The notes under the pieces: generated by a model
Seen by the model: only the letters and a program-made list of their open reading frames with translations
What the model was told of the DNA's origin: nothing
Databases searched by the model: none
Part shown: positions 38,804 through 49,936 of the stretch, piece after piece
Layout: each line of letters opens with the position of its first letter
Position numbering within the stretch: position 1 is the stretch's first letter
Position numbers and translations under genes: made by a program
DNA from: an uncultured Spirochaetota bacterium
GTDB taxonomy: Bacteria; Spirochaetota; Spirochaetia; SZUA-6; Fen-1364
Assembly: GCA_963781885.1 (NCBI GenBank)
Contig: CAWAHW010000007.1
Location: 192,001-256,000, forward strand
Direction of reading: 5' to 3'
Length of the DNA stretch: 64,000 bases

Positions 38804-39910
38804 ATGGCTGATACAGCAGGGCGTTCCCGGGTCATCGTCGCCGAGGCGACATATGAGACTGCCGCAACGGCGATCGAGGGTCTCATCGGGCGATTCTCCA
38901 TCGACTGGAAGGGCAAGAGCGTGCTCCTCAAGCCCAACATGCTCGCGGCATGGAAGCCCGAGCGCGCGGTGACCACGCACCCGGCCATCGTGACGGCCGT
39001 GATCGCGGCGCTGGAACGCCGCGGCGCACGCGTGATAGTCGGCGACAACCCCGGCGCTCACGAGTACGGCGATGCCGGGCGGGCAGCGGACGTGACCGGG
39101 CTTCGCGCCGCGGCAGGGGATCGTTGGGTGGACCTTGCCACGAGCCCCGTCGAGGTGGAGGTCAACTCCCGCCACTTCCCCCGGCTCGCCGTCTCCCGCG
39201 AGGTGCTGGAGGCGGATCTGATCGTGAATCTCCCGAAGCTCAAGACGCACATGCAGACCACGTTGAGCGGCGCCGTGAAGAACATGTTCGGCATCCTCGT
39301 CGGCTCGCAGAAGGCGCGGGTGCACCACGTCTGCGCGGGGATTGCCGATTTCGCCGAGGCGATCGTCGACATCTATGCCATACGGCCGCCGGCACTCTCC
39401 CTGATGGACGCTGTTGTCGGCATGGAGGGCAACGGGCCCAGCGGCGGGAAACCGCGGACGATCAACCGCATCATCGCGAGCACGCACGGCGTCGCCGTGG
39501 ACGGGGTTTTTGCGGCGATGGTCGGGATCGATCCCGATCGCGTGGGAATACTCCGCGCGGCCCGCGGCCGGGGATTGGGCGCCGTGGACGTTGCCGACAT
39601 GGACGTCGAGGGGGACATCCCGCAGCTCCACCGGTTCCAGCTCCCGATGAATGTCGTGGGGGAAGACCTCGTGAGCCGGATCTCCGCGCGGATCATGGGC
39701 CGGATGGGAAGCCCGCGCTTCCGCCTCCGCCAGGACGCCTGCACGAAGTGCGGCACGTGCGCCAAGGGCTGCCCGACGGGTGCCATCACCCTGCGCCCCT
39801 TTCCGACCTGGAACTACGAACGGTGCATCGGCTGCTACTGCTGCTACGAGCTGTGCGAGCAGAACGCGATAAGGCTGGCGGGCATGTTCTCCCGCGCGGG
39901 CAGCAGGTAG
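38804..39910 (+). CDS. DUF362 domain protein with C-terminal 2x[4Fe-4S]
   Basis: VLLKPNML, TTHP, NLPKLKTH, GMEGNGP; CTKCGTCAKGCP and CIGCYCCYELC. Confidence 0.9.
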   Translation: MADTAGRSRVIVAEATYETAATAIEGLIGRFSIDWKGKSVLLKPNMLAAWKPERAVTTHPAIVTAVIAALERRGARVIVGDNPGAHEYGDAGRAADVTGLRAAAGDRWVDLATSPVEVEVNSRHFPRLAVSREVLEADLIVNLPKLKTHMQTTLSGAVKNMFGILVGSQKARVHHVCAGIADFAEAIVDIYAIRPPALSLMDAVVGMEGNGPSGGKPRTINRIIASTHGVAVDGVFAAMVGIDPDRVGILRAARGRGLGAVDVADMDVEGDIPQLHRFQLPMNVVGEDLVSRISARIMGRMGSPRFRLRQDACTKCGTCAKGCPTGAITLRPFPTWNYERCIGCYCCYELCEQNAIRLAGMFSRAGSR

Positions 39911-39918
39911 CGCGCCCT

Positions 39919-41109
39919 TCACGCGCGGGGCAGCCCCGCCGCTTCTTCCCGGGTCATCGGCGCGGTGAAGCGATGCAGGCCGATCAGGGCGCCCGGCGCA
40001 ACCAGCGAAAATACGGCGACGATCGCGAACATCGTCCGGATGCCGAGGAGATCGGCAATGATCCCTCCGATCCAGGGACCGGTGAACATGCCGATGGCGT
40101 AGACGGCCTGGTGGATGCCCATCGCCGTATTGCGGTGCGCGGCGTCCACCTGTTGAATGGAAAGCCCGACGAGGACGGGGAATATGAGGCCGTTCGCCAG
40201 TCCCATGATCGCGGTGGAGATGAAGAGGAGCGGGATGGACGACGCGAGCGCCGCGAGGATGCCGCCAATGGCTGTCACCGTCATGCTCGCGTAGAGGATG
40301 GCGCGTCTGCCGCCCCGGTGGGCGATGAGGGTCGCGAAGAGATTCGCCGCAGTGTTGGCCGCGATGTTCGCCGTCATGATGAGACCCGTGGTAACGGGGC
40401 TTGCACCCATGCTCCGTGCCAGGAGGGGCATGAAGCCGAAAACGAGCGCCCAGACGCTGAACTGGCAGAGGGCGTTCGTGAAGGAAGGGACCAGGACGTC
40501 GCGGCGACGGAATATCGCGAGCACGGAGGACACCGTCACCTCGCCGCGCCGCGCGGCGTCCTGCCGGGGAATCCGCACGAATGCGACGATCGTGCTTGCC
40601 GCCACCGAGATGGCCGCCGCCGCGTACAGCGCGACGCGGAGGCCGCCCAAACTCTCCAGGGGACCGGTGAGGCCGGTGCCGATCATCTGGCCGAGTGACG
40701 AGCCGAAGGACAGGAGCGAAGTGGCGAAGACGGTCCGCTCCGGCGGAAAGAAACCGGCAAAGGTGGCCATCATCGGCACCCAGGCGGCTGCCGCGACACC
40801 GGTGAAGGCGCGGCCGACCGCCAGCGCGCCGACGGATTTTCCCAGCGCCATCACGATGGCCCCGATTCCCGCCATGAGAATGCCGCCGATGAGGTAGGGC
40901 TTGCTGCGGCCGGTGGCATCGGAGAGGACACCCAGCGGTATGCGGAACACGGCCATCAGGAGGCCGTACATGGAGAGCACGACGCCGATCGCCGTGAGGC
41001 TGGACGTCCGGCCGGCGACGTAGGCCGGGAGACTCGGCACGTAAGAGTAAAGGGCGACGAAAAAAAGGACGGCTGCCGTGAAAAGGGCGGCGATGCGGTT
41101 GCGGTTCAT
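39919..41109 (-). CDS. MFS transporter
   Basis: About 12 TM segments, GVLSDATGRSK motif A. Confidence 0.88.
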   Translation of the reverse strand: MNRNRIAALFTAAVLFFVALYSYVPSLPAYVAGRTSSLTAIGVVLSMYGLLMAVFRIPLGVLSDATGRSKPYLIGGILMAGIGAIVMALGKSVGALAVGRAFTGVAAAAWVPMMATFAGFFPPERTVFATSLLSFGSSLGQMIGTGLTGPLESLGGLRVALYAAAAISVAASTIVAFVRIPRQDAARRGEVTVSSVLAIFRRRDVLVPSFTNALCQFSVWALVFGFMPLLARSMGASPVTTGLIMTANIAANTAANLFATLIAHRGGRRAILYASMTVTAIGGILAALASSIPLLFISTAIMGLANGLIFPVLVGLSIQQVDAAHRNTAMGIHQAVYAIGMFTGPWIGGIIADLLGIRTMFAIVAVFSLVAPGALIGLHRFTAPMTREEAAGLPRA

Positions 41110-41240
41110 ATCGGGAGCGAATAGTAACGGGAAAGAGAGGCGTCGGTCCATGTGGCGTTGGCCCGCCCAGCGGTCTTCCCTGTCCGGCGCGGGGCGCGGG
41201 GTGCGGATGACGCGGGCGGGCGCGCGTGAGGCCGGCCCGT

Positions 41241-43157
41241 TCAGGCGCCGTCGCGCGCGTCCAACATCTCCCTCACTTTCCGCAGGAAATCTTCGCGGCG
41301 GAAGGGCTTGGAGAGGAACTCCCCGCCGACGGATTGCGAGACGGAATTGTCCACCGTGCTTCGCGCGTAGCCGGAGACGAGCAGCGTCTTCAGGTGCGGA
41401 AACTTCGCTTCGATTGCCCGCGCGAGCTCGCGTCCGCCCATTCGCGGCATCACCGCGTCGGTGATCACGAGGGCGAGCGTTCCCGCGCGTCGCTCGGCGA
41501 CCTGCAATCCCTTCTCCCCGTCCTCCGCCTCTTCCACCTGGTATCCGACGGACCGCAGCGCCCTGACCATGAGCATCCGCACCTCGGGATCGTCCTCCAC
41601 CACCAGAAGGGTTTCCGTCCCTCCCCGCGGCGCGGCGCGGCCGCCCTCCGGCGTCCGTGATTCTGGTACACCGTCGACGTGCGGGAGGTGGATCGAGAAG
41701 CAGGCCCCCTTCCCCGGCTCGCTCTCCACGGTGATGAAACCCCCGCATTGCTGCACGATGCCGTACACGGTGGAAAGCCCCAGCCCCGTTCCCCGTGCCC
41801 TGCGCCTTTCGTCGTGAAGAACGGGTCGAATATCAGCGGAAGGATCTCTTTCGCGATGCCGATGCCGGAGTCGCGCACCGCAATGACGGCGTAGCGCCCG
41901 GCTTTCGCCTCCGGCCGCGCCTGCGCCTCGGCCTCAGTGAGGGTGCGATTGGAGGTGGCGATCGAAAGCCGCCCGCCCGCCGGCATGGCGTCGCGCGCGT
42001 TGACGACGAGGTTCAGCAGGATCTGCTCGATCTGGTGCGGGTCGGCGCTGACCAGAGACAGGTTGCGGCAACGGGTGATCGTGAGCTCGATGTTCTCCCC
42101 GATCAGGCGCGTGAGCATCACCTCCATCGAACGAACGACGACGTTCACGTCGAGGATCGCCCTCTGGACGACCTGCTGCCGGCTCGAACGCCAGGAGCTG
42201 CTGGGTGAGCATCGCCGCGCGCCGGGCCGCATCCGCGACCTCCTGCACCATCACGCCCCCCTCCGTCTCCGGGGGCAGGCTGTCGCGCAGCAGCTCGCAA
42301 TACCCCGTGATGACGGCGAGAATGTTGTTGAAGTCATGCGCGATCCCGCCCGCCAGGCGGCCCACTGCCTCCATCTTCTGCGCCTGGACGAGCTGCGCTT
42401 CCAGCATCCGCCGCTGGGAGATGTCTTCCAGGAAGGCGGTGTACGAGTGGAGGGACAGGTCGCCGTTGAAGAGAGCATTGGCGTTGATCGAGGCCCAGAG
42501 CGTGCCGCCGTCCTTGCGGCGGAGCTGGGCCTCGAAGCCGTGGACGCTGCCGTGCGCCGCAAGGGCCTGGAAAAGCGCTGCATGCCGGGCGGGATCGGCG
42601 AAGAGCTGCCGGTCGACGTCCGCGATGCAGGCGACCAGCTCGCGCGGTGAGCTGTAGCCGAGCGCCTGGGCCAGGGAAGGGTTCGCCGTGCTGAGACCAG
42701 CGTCGCGCGTGAACTGGTAGATGCCCTCGACCGAGCACTCGAATATTTCCCGGTAGTTGTTCTCGATGTCCAGGAGGGCGGCCATGTTGTCCCGCATGTC
42801 GGTGATGTCGTACAGGGTGGCGAGCCCCGCCGGCGCTCCGTCGATTTCCAGGAACGCGCTGGTGAACTCCACCCAGCGCCCGGCGCCGCCTTTCGTCACG
42901 ATCTTGAACTCGTGACGCTTGCGGGGCGCGTCGACCGGCGGCGGTGCGAGCACCTTCTCCACGACCCGGGCGCGATGCTCGGGATGCACGAGGTCCGGGA
43001 AGCGCATGGCAAGGAGATCGCTCTGGGGGTAGCCCGTGAGGATTTCCGCGTTCCTGTTTGCAAAGACGAGTCTCTGCTCCTGGTAGATCACCACGGCGGC
43101 GGCGGTGGTCTCCGAGAGGACGCGGAACTTGTGCTCGATTTCCTGCAGGGCGGTCAT
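41241..43157 (-). CDS. Cytoplasmic PAS-PAS hybrid histidine kinase (HisKA-HATPase-REC), interrupted by insertions
   Basis: [19 protein letters not shown]; [10 protein letters not shown]...DPFFTTK; VYGIV...LVVEDD...TDAVMP across three frames, breaks near 42185 and 41790-41808; ATGA-coupled to pstB. Confidence 0.85.
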
Positions 43158-43912
43158 CCGAATCGGCCCGAGATGTAATCTTCGGTCCTCTTGTCCCGCG
43201 GGTTGAACAGGATCTCCTCCGTTCTTCCTATTTCCACCACCTCGCCATTCAGGAAAAACGCGATGACCTCGGAGATACGGCTCGCCTGCTGGAGGTTATG
43301 CGTGACGACGACGATCGTGTAGTTCCTCTTCAGCCCGTCGATGAGATCCTCGACCTTTGTCGTGGATACCGGGTCGAGCGCCGAGCTGGGCTCGTCCATG
43401 AGGATGACGTCCGGCTCCACGGCGAGCAGGCGCGCGATGCACAGGCGCTGCTGCTGTCCGCCCGACAGGCCCAGCGCGGGCTTGTGGAGCCGGTCCTTCA
43501 CCTCCTCCCAGAGCGCGGCGCGCCGGAGGCTCTCCTCCACGATGGCCGCGACCTCCGTCTTCTTGCGGATGCCGTGGACGCGCGGCCCGTAGGCCACGTT
43601 GTCGAAGACCGTCATGGGAAAGGGGTTGGGCTTCTGGAAGACCATGCCGATCCTCTTCCGCAGCTCGATCACGTCGCACTCGCCGTAGATGTCCGCCCCG
43701 TCGTAGAGGACGCGCCCCTCCACGGTGACCGCGGGAATCAGGTCGATCATGCGGTTGATCGTCTTCAGGAAGCTCGTCTTGCCGCATCCCGAGGGGCCGA
43801 TCAGCGCGGTCACCTGGTGGGCGAGCATCTCGATGCTCACGTGGGAGAGAGCCGCCGCATCGCCGTAGGAGAGGGAGAGGTTTTCCGTGCGAAGCTTAAC
43901 GTGACCTTCCAT
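43154..43912 (-). CDS. pstB: Phosphate ABC transporter ATPase
   Basis: [37 protein letters not shown]. Confidence 0.96.
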   Translation of the reverse strand: MEGHVKLRTENLSLSYGDAAALSHVSIEMLAHQVTALIGPSGCGKTSFLKTINRMIDLIPAVTVEGRVLYDGADIYGECDVIELRKRIGMVFQKPNPFPMTVFDNVAYGPRVHGIRKKTEVAAIVEESLRRAALWEEVKDRLHKPALGLSGGQQQRLCIARLLAVEPDVILMDEPSSALDPVSTTKVEDLIDGLKRNYTIVVVTHNLQQASRISEVIAFFLNGEVVEIGRTEEILFNPRDKRTEDYISGRFG

Positions 43913-45569
43913 TTCGACCGCCTTCCACGCGCAGGAGATTCATCCGCCCGATGAGCCGGGTCGTGACGAGATTGACGATGAGGACGATGATCACGAGGAT
44001 CGTGCCCGTTGCAAATGCCTTGTCGAAGGAGATGCCCTCCTTCAAGAGGTAATACAAGTGCACCGACAGCACGCGGGCCGAGGAGCGCAGGCCCTCGACG
44101 AGGCGATAGTCCGTTCCCATCGTGAAGAGGAGCGCCGCGGTCTCACCCACCGCGCGGCCGACCGCGAGAAGGACGCCCGTGAGGATGCCCGGGATCGCCG
44201 CCGGAACGACCACGAGGACCGTCGTCTGCCACTTCGTCGCGCCAAGGGCGAGACTCCCTTCGCGGAGGGCAAGCGGCGCGCCGCGGATCGCCTCCTCGGA
44301 GGTCCGGATGATGGTGGGCAGGAGCATCATCGTCAGGGTGAGGGTTCCCGAGAGGAGCCCGATGCCGAGGTGGAGGAGGGTGACGAAGACGATGAATCCG
44401 AAAAGGCCGAATATGATCGACGGGATTCCCGCGAGCGTCTCGGTGCCGAACCGGAGGATCCTCACGAAAAGCCCCTGGTGCGTGTACTCGGTGAGATAGA
44501 TCGCGGCGCCGACGCCGATCGGGGTCGTGAAAAGCAGCGTGAGAAGGATCATGAGCATGGTGTTGAGGACGATCGTGGACACGCCCCCGACCTTGCCCGC
44601 GCGCCGCGGCTCTTCCAGGAAATAGGCCAGCGTGAGGTTCCGTCGCACCTCGCGGCGCTCCACGCTGAGAATCCTCTCCGGCTGGGACGCCGCGTCGCTC
44701 CAGCCGCAGACCCCCACCGCGCCATCGGTGGCGGCGATGGCCGCCTGCAAGTCCCGCGCGTTCCCGACGACCGTCGCACCGGCCGGCGGCGTTCCGGCAC
44801 CGGGGAGAGCGAGTCGCGCCATCTCCCTGCCCTCCGCGGTCCCGGCTCCCATCGTCACGACGTGCACCGGGAGATTCGGGCCGCCCACCGCGCGCCAGCT
44901 TGCAATGCTGCCGGAGAGCAGCCCTTCTGCCTGGGTCTCCGTGACGGACAGGAGTCTTCGGCCGTCGCGCAGCGCGAGCACCGCGGGGTTGACAATGACG
45001 GAAAGGGCCCGCACGGGGACCAGCTTCACGCCGGGAAGCGTGGCCGCCGCCGTTGCGCTCACCCACCCGATGCCCCCGCGGGTTTCCGCCACCTTCTGCA
45101 GCACGGCCCGAGTGTCCGGCACGGCGACGGCCGTCGGCGACCAATTCGCGCCGTCCCCAAGGAGTGTTGCCTTCACCGCCGCGGGCGGCAGCGGTGAGTC
45201 ACCGGGGAGAAAGACCGTGACGTCCAGGTCCTGGCCGGACAGGTCGCCCCAGCTTGCGGCATCCCCGGTGAAAAGCCCACGGACGTCATCGGCCGTGAGG
45301 TCGCTGACGCGCAGTCCCGCGTTGATGACGACCGAGACGTTTCCCGCGCCGGTCCGCAAAGGGATGGCGATGGCGCCCTTGCCGATAACGGGGTACTCCC
45401 GCGTCGCATCAGAGACCAGGCCGCGGAAGATGATGAAACCGACGATGAACAGGAGGATCCCCATCGTGAGGCCGGCCGCGATCCAGAGCAGCACCCGCAG
45501 CGTGCCATCGGTCTTGCGGACGCGCCGCGTGTAGGGCGAAGGCTGGAAAATGGAGACCCGGTCCTCCAT
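43896..45569 (-). CDS. pstA: Phosphate ABC permease PstA with a large periplasmic insertion
   Basis: [42 protein letters not shown]. Confidence 0.9.
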   Translation of the reverse strand: MEDRVSIFQPSPYTRRVRKTDGTLRVLLWIAAGLTMGILLFIVGFIIFRGLVSDATREYPVIGKGAIAIPLRTGAGNVSVVINAGLRVSDLTADDVRGLFTGDAASWGDLSGQDLDVTVFLPGDSPLPPAAVKATLLGDGANWSPTAVAVPDTRAVLQKVAETRGGIGWVSATAAATLPGVKLVPVRALSVIVNPAVLALRDGRRLLSVTETQAEGLLSGSIASWRAVGGPNLPVHVVTMGAGTAEGREMARLALPGAGTPPAGATVVGNARDLQAAIAATDGAVGVCGWSDAASQPERILSVERREVRRNLTLAYFLEEPRRAGKVGGVSTIVLNTMLMILLTLLFTTPIGVGAAIYLTEYTHQGLFVRILRFGTETLAGIPSIIFGLFGFIVFVTLLHLGIGLLSGTLTLTMMLLPTIIRTSEEAIRGAPLALREGSLALGATKWQTTVLVVVPAAIPGILTGVLLAVGRAVGETAALLFTMGTDYRLVEGLRSSARVLSVHLYYLLKEGISFDKAFATGTILVIIVLIVNLVTTRLIGRMNLLRVEGGRNGRSR

Positions 45570-45570
45570 G

Positions 45571-46446
45571 CTACGCCGTCCGGCGGATGGCGCGCCGCGA
45601 GATCGCCATGACGGCGACGTTGAGGATCATGATGAGGACGAAGAGCACCATGCTCGTGGCAAAGAGCGCGGTGAGGTGCAGGCCGGAGGCGTAGCCCATG
45701 TCGGTGACGATATTCATCGTCAGGGTTCTCACCATGGAGAGGGGACCGGTGGGCATGATGGGGGCATTGCCGCCGACCATGAGGACGGCCATGGTCTCGC
45801 CGATGGCGCGGCCGACTCCCAGGACGACACCGGCCATGATGCCGGATCGCGCCGCGGGCAGCAGGATGCGCCCGATGGTCTGCGTGCCCGTCGCGCCCAT
45901 GGCAAGCGAGGCCTCGCGGTATTCCGCCGGCACGCTGCGGATGGAAACCTCCGTGATGCTCACGATCGTCGGGAGGATCATGATGGCGAGGATCACGGCC
46001 GCGGCGAGCGCGCTGTACCCGGTGCCTCCGAAGAGGTTTCGGATGAGCCGTGAAATCACCGCGGCCCCGAAGAAGCCGTAGACGACCGAGGGAATGCCGG
46101 CGAGCAGCTCGACCATCGCGCGCAGGACGCGCGCGAGCCTCCCGGCGGCCACCTCCGCCAGAAAGATGCCGCAGGCAAGGCCGATAGGCACCCCCAGGAG
46201 GAGGGCGCCGAAGGTCACCACCAGCGTGCCGACGATGAAGGAAAGTATTCCGTAGCGGGGATCCGACGTGGAAGCGGGCTGCCAGTTTGTACCGAACAGG
46301 AACTCCCCGACCGGCACCTTCCGGAAAAGCGGCAGCCCTTCCATGAACACGAAGACGGTGATGAAGAGAACGGACAGGATCGAGACCAGCGCGCAGACCA
46401 GCAGCACCTTCTCCTTCGATGACTCGAAAAGCTTTCGGGAGATCAT
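45571..46446 (-). CDS. pstC: Phosphate ABC permease PstC
   Basis: ELLAGIPSVVYGFFG, EASLAMGAT, RAIGETMAV. Confidence 0.94.
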   Translation of the reverse strand: MISRKLFESSKEKVLLVCALVSILSVLFITVFVFMEGLPLFRKVPVGEFLFGTNWQPASTSDPRYGILSFIVGTLVVTFGALLLGVPIGLACGIFLAEVAAGRLARVLRAMVELLAGIPSVVYGFFGAAVISRLIRNLFGGTGYSALAAAVILAIMILPTIVSITEVSIRSVPAEYREASLAMGATGTQTIGRILLPAARSGIMAGVVLGVGRAIGETMAVLMVGGNAPIMPTGPLSMVRTLTMNIVTDMGYASGLHLTALFATSMVLFVLIMILNVAVMAISRRAIRRTA

Positions 46447-46488
46447 GCCGTCCTGCTTCGTCCGTCGGGGAGTCGACCCTGCCACCGG

Positions 46489-47358
46489 CTATTTCGGAAG
46501 AGCAATATACCCTTCCTGCTTCACGATCGCCTGTCCCTCGGGTGAGAGAACAAAATCGACGAACGCCTTCTCGACCGTCCCCTCTTTCAGCGGGCCCTTG
46601 GAGACGAAATACAGGTATCGGGAGACGGGATAGGTTTTGTTCAGGACGTTCTTCGTGTTTTCCATGATCCCGTTGACGGAGATTGGCTTGGCGCCATTGC
46701 TTTTTGCCTGATCGAGAAACCCGTCGCCGCAGTAGCCGATGGCATTCGGCGTCGAGCCGACCTTGGTCACCATGTCGCCGTTGGAAGTGACAGTGACGGC
46801 ATTCTTCATGAAATCGGCCTTCGGGTCGCCCTTGGTCGTGTACTCCTTCGAAAAGACGAGATCGACCATCGCGACCCTTGTTCCCGACGCCTCATCGCGC
46901 GTGACGACGACGATCGGCTGATCAGCGCCTCCCACTTCCTTCCAGTTGGTGATCGTCCCGTTGAGGATGTCGGCCACCTGTCTGCGCGTGAGGTCAGCGA
47001 CCGCGACATCATCGTTGACGATGATGGCAAGACCGTCCAGTGCGATCGTGACCGGCACCAGCCCCTTGTCCTTTTCCTCCTGGGTCAGCTCGCGCGACGA
47101 GCCGCCGAGGGAGTAGACGCCGCTCAGGACACCCGTGATGCCGGGGCCCGAGCCCTGCGCGTCGTAGCCGATCTTTGCCTCGGGGAATTTTTTCGCGAAT
47201 GCCTCGATCGCCGAGCGTGCGATGGGATCCACGGTGGTGGAGCCCCCGAACTTGTAGGTCCCCTTGTACCCGGCCGCCGTCCCTTCGCCGGCCCCACTGG
47301 CAAAGGCCGCACCGGCGATCAGGGAAACAGCGATCACGACAAGAAACGCCTTTTTCAC
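46489..47358 (-). CDS. pstS: Phosphate-binding protein PstS
   Basis: AGGAGG RBS plus GTG; GGSTTV, GSGPG, SSREL, RDEASGTR, YPVSRYLY. Confidence 0.93.
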   Translation of the reverse strand: MKKAFLVVIAVSLIAGAAFASGAGEGTAAGYKGTYKFGGSTTVDPIARSAIEAFAKKFPEAKIGYDAQGSGPGITGVLSGVYSLGGSSRELTQEEKDKGLVPVTIALDGLAIIVNDDVAVADLTRRQVADILNGTITNWKEVGGADQPIVVVTRDEASGTRVAMVDLVFSKEYTTKGDPKADFMKNAVTVTSNGDMVTKVGSTPNAIGYCGDGFLDQAKSNGAKPISVNGIMENTKNVLNKTYPVSRYLYFVSKGPLKEGTVEKAFVDFVLSPEGQAIVKQEGYIALPK

Positions 47359-47401
47359 AGTTTTCCTCCTCTGGATACCGGCGTGTGCGCGCACGCACCG
47401 C

Positions 47402-47758
47402 CTAATGCGCAGGCTGCTGCCCGCCCGCCACGGATTCGATTGCTTCGAGCTCGTTGGAGCTGATCGGCAGGAAGCCGACGAGCTTCGTGAGCTCCAGGAC
47501 GCGCATCACGGGCTTCGCGACGTTCACGAGCCGAAACGACCTGCCCTCCTGCGCGAGCATGGCGTTGACCGACATCAGGGCGCCGACGCCGCTGGAGTCG
47601 ATGTAGGTCGCCTTCTTCAGGCTCAGGATGAAGATGTGGACATGCTTTTCGATCATGCCGCGCACCACGTCCTTCAGCCGGTAGGCGTTGTACAGGTCGA
47701 TCTCGCCGGAGACGTCGATGATGTAGTTCTGCTCGAATTTCCTTATCTTGATGTCCAT
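47402..47758 (-). CDS. STAS anti-sigma factor antagonist, first gene of the pst operon
   Basis: VSGEIDLYNA, YIDSSGVGAL (phosphoacceptor Ser), VLELTKL. Confidence 0.92.
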   Translation of the reverse strand: MDIKIRKFEQNYIIDVSGEIDLYNAYRLKDVVRGMIEKHVHIFILSLKKATYIDSSGVGALMSVNAMLAQEGRSFRLVNVAKPVMRVLELTKLVGFLPISSNELEAIESVAGGQQPAH

Positions 47759-47803
47759 GGCGTCCTCTCTGTGGTGGATACCGGGGCGCATTGCAGAGCG
47801 CGA

Positions 47804-47879
47804 GTGTTAAGGGCGTATGAAAAAAGAACGACTATTCGGTGAATCCGTGCGGGCGCACCAGTTAACACAATATTCATGA
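47804..47879. promoter_or_regulatory. Divergent Pho-box-like repeats
   Basis: Minus strand TTCATAC-N4-TTAACAC (47821..47804); plus strand TTAACAC-N4-TTCATGA (47862..47879). Confidence 0.6.
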
Positions 47880-49177
47880 GCGATTCGTCGTTTCTTAATC
47901 TTTTTCGGGGAATGTCGACGGAAATGATAGAGCCCGTATTCACGGCCGCCGATCTGGATCTCACTGCGCTGGAGACGCCGGAAGAAGTCCCCGAGGAAAC
48001 GAGCATCGACGACCCGCGGCGCATCCTCCATCGGGCTCCCGGGTCCCACCGCCAGGGGGAGGTCATCGCGAAGCTCGCGAGCAGCCGCTACTACGTGCGC
48101 GCGACCGACGACATCGAGGCGCTCGCCGCAGCCATGGACAAGGCGCCGGGGCTCATCGCGGTCGGCGTCGTCGCGGAGACGGGCACGCCGCGCGGGCTCA
48201 TCCTCCGGCGCGAGCTATTCGACCTGCTGGGAAAGCCCTACGGGAGGGAGTTCTACAAGAAGAAGCCCGTTTCCGCGGTCATGCAGACCGCACGCGCGTT
48301 CGGCGACGACACGAGCATCATCGGCGTCGCCGAATCGTTGAAGGAGGAGGTCCGTCAGCTCGACGATACCTATTACCTGCTCGTCGACGGCGCGGGAAGT
48401 TTCAGCGGCATCTTCACGAGCAAGCATCTGCTCATCTACCTCTCGGACACAACCGCGCGGGATATCGCGCTGGCGCAGAGGCTGCAGGCCGCCATCGTGC
48501 GCGAAAGCTTCCGGTTCGAGGATCCGCGCTGCACGATCCTGTGCACATCCCGGATGGCGAAGGAAGTGGGCGGCGACTTCTACACCGTCAAGCGGCTGGA
48601 CGCGCACCGCGTGCTCATGTGCATCTGCGACGTCTCCGGCAAGGGCATCGCGGCCTCCCTCATCACGGCTGTCCTGGGAGGCATCTTCAACACCTATACC
48701 GGCACGCATTCTCTGCAGCCCTTTCTCCGCAGCCTCAACGCGTACCTGTTCGAGACGTTCCGTCTGGACTACTTCGTCACCGGCGTCTTCATGGAGCTGG
48801 ACCTGCGCACGGGACACGCCACGATCTGCGACATGGGGCACTCGTTCGTCCTCGTGCGGGAAAAGACGACCCTGTTTCGTTTGGGCAGGAAAACGTCGAA
48901 TCCGCCGCTCGGGATCGTGGCGGACCTTTCACCGGTCGTGAGCAGCTATTGCTTCCCGAAAGACGGGCTTGCCATCCTTTTCACCGACGGGGTCGTGGAG
49001 CAGACCAGCCGCCGGGGGGCCGAGTACTCACAGGCACGGCTCTGGGGCCTCCTGAAGCGCCACGCCGCCGATTCGCCGGCCGCCCTCGGGGAGGCGCTCA
49101 CGGCGGACTTCGACTCTTTCAAAGGCGATCAGCCGCAGAACGACGACGTGACGTTCATGATCATGAAGTACAACTGA
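47876..49177 (+). CDS. CBS-pair plus SpoIIE/PP2C phosphatase
   Basis: GLILRRELF...YGREFYKKKPVSAVM CBS-like region; AQRLQ, VGGDFY, DVSGKG, FVTG, FTDGVVE, QNDDVT. Confidence 0.88.
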   Translation: MSDSSFLNLFRGMSTEMIEPVFTAADLDLTALETPEEVPEETSIDDPRRILHRAPGSHRQGEVIAKLASSRYYVRATDDIEALAAAMDKAPGLIAVGVVAETGTPRGLILRRELFDLLGKPYGREFYKKKPVSAVMQTARAFGDDTSIIGVAESLKEEVRQLDDTYYLLVDGAGSFSGIFTSKHLLIYLSDTTARDIALAQRLQAAIVRESFRFEDPRCTILCTSRMAKEVGGDFYTVKRLDAHRVLMCICDVSGKGIAASLITAVLGGIFNTYTGTHSLQPFLRSLNAYLFETFRLDYFVTGVFMELDLRTGHATICDMGHSFVLVREKTTLFRLGRKTSNPPLGIVADLSPVVSSYCFPKDGLAILFTDGVVEQTSRRGAEYSQARLWGLLKRHAADSPAALGEALTADFDSFKGDQPQNDDVTFMIMKYN

Positions 49178-49213
49178 GAGGCCCGGCGGGAGCCGCGCCC
49201 GGTTGCGGCGGCG

Positions 49214-49903
49214 TCAGGCGCTCGCGGATCCTGCCGCGCCCGCCTCGGCCGTGGCGCCGGGGGACTCCAGCTTCAACGTGGCCACCGTCTCCGCGTTCGA
49301 GATGCGGATGGAAAAGGCGTCCTGCCCGAAACCAAGACTCTTGAGCATGAACATCATCATGACGAGACCCAGCCCGGCTCCCTCGGTTCCGTCCTCGATG
49401 CTCGTGAATGCCTCCGCAAAGCAGGTGTACTGCCGCGCGACGGCGATCTTCTCCGTAATCCGCGCTTCCTCGGCCGCCGTGAGCGTCACATTGTTGCGCA
49501 CGCTGATGCGCACGCCGTTCCTGAGCTTGCGGAACTGGAACTTCACGTACAGCCCCGCTTTTTTCAGCTTTTCAAGGTACTGGTCGATATGCTCCGTGGT
49601 CTCACGCTTGAAACCCTTCATGCCGCGGGCGTAGTCGCGCGCATCCGCGATGTCGAGCTTGTTCTCAAGGAAATAGAGACGTTTCGTATTCGCCTTCTTG
49701 GCGTTTCCCGCCAGCTCGTGAACGCAATAGCTGAGCTTGTCCTTGATGGCGATCATGCCGGAGGCATCGAGGAAGGCGCCGAGGATGCGGTCGATATGGA
49801 CCCGCTCGTACGGCAGGTACGTCGTCGTCCTGAGCGTGAGAGTCTTCGACTGGGCGATCGCCTCGTGAACGCTGTCCCACAGAGCCCGCCTTCCGCTCGG
49901 CAT
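49214..49903 (-). CDS. Stand-alone HATPase (anti-sigma/Ser kinase-like)
   Basis: HELAGNAKKAN N-box, ISVRNN, EGAGLGL G-box; no HisKA domain. Confidence 0.7.
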   Translation of the reverse strand: MPSGRRALWDSVHEAIAQSKTLTLRTTTYLPYERVHIDRILGAFLDASGMIAIKDKLSYCVHELAGNAKKANTKRLYFLENKLDIADARDYARGMKGFKRETTEHIDQYLEKLKKAGLYVKFQFRKLRNGVRISVRNNVTLTAAEEARITEKIAVARQYTCFAEAFTSIEDGTEGAGLGLVMMMFMLKSLGFGQDAFSIRISNAETVATLKLESPGATAEAGAAGSASA

Positions 49904-49936
49904 ATCGTGTCCTCCTGGAGCGACAGTGGATGCTTC

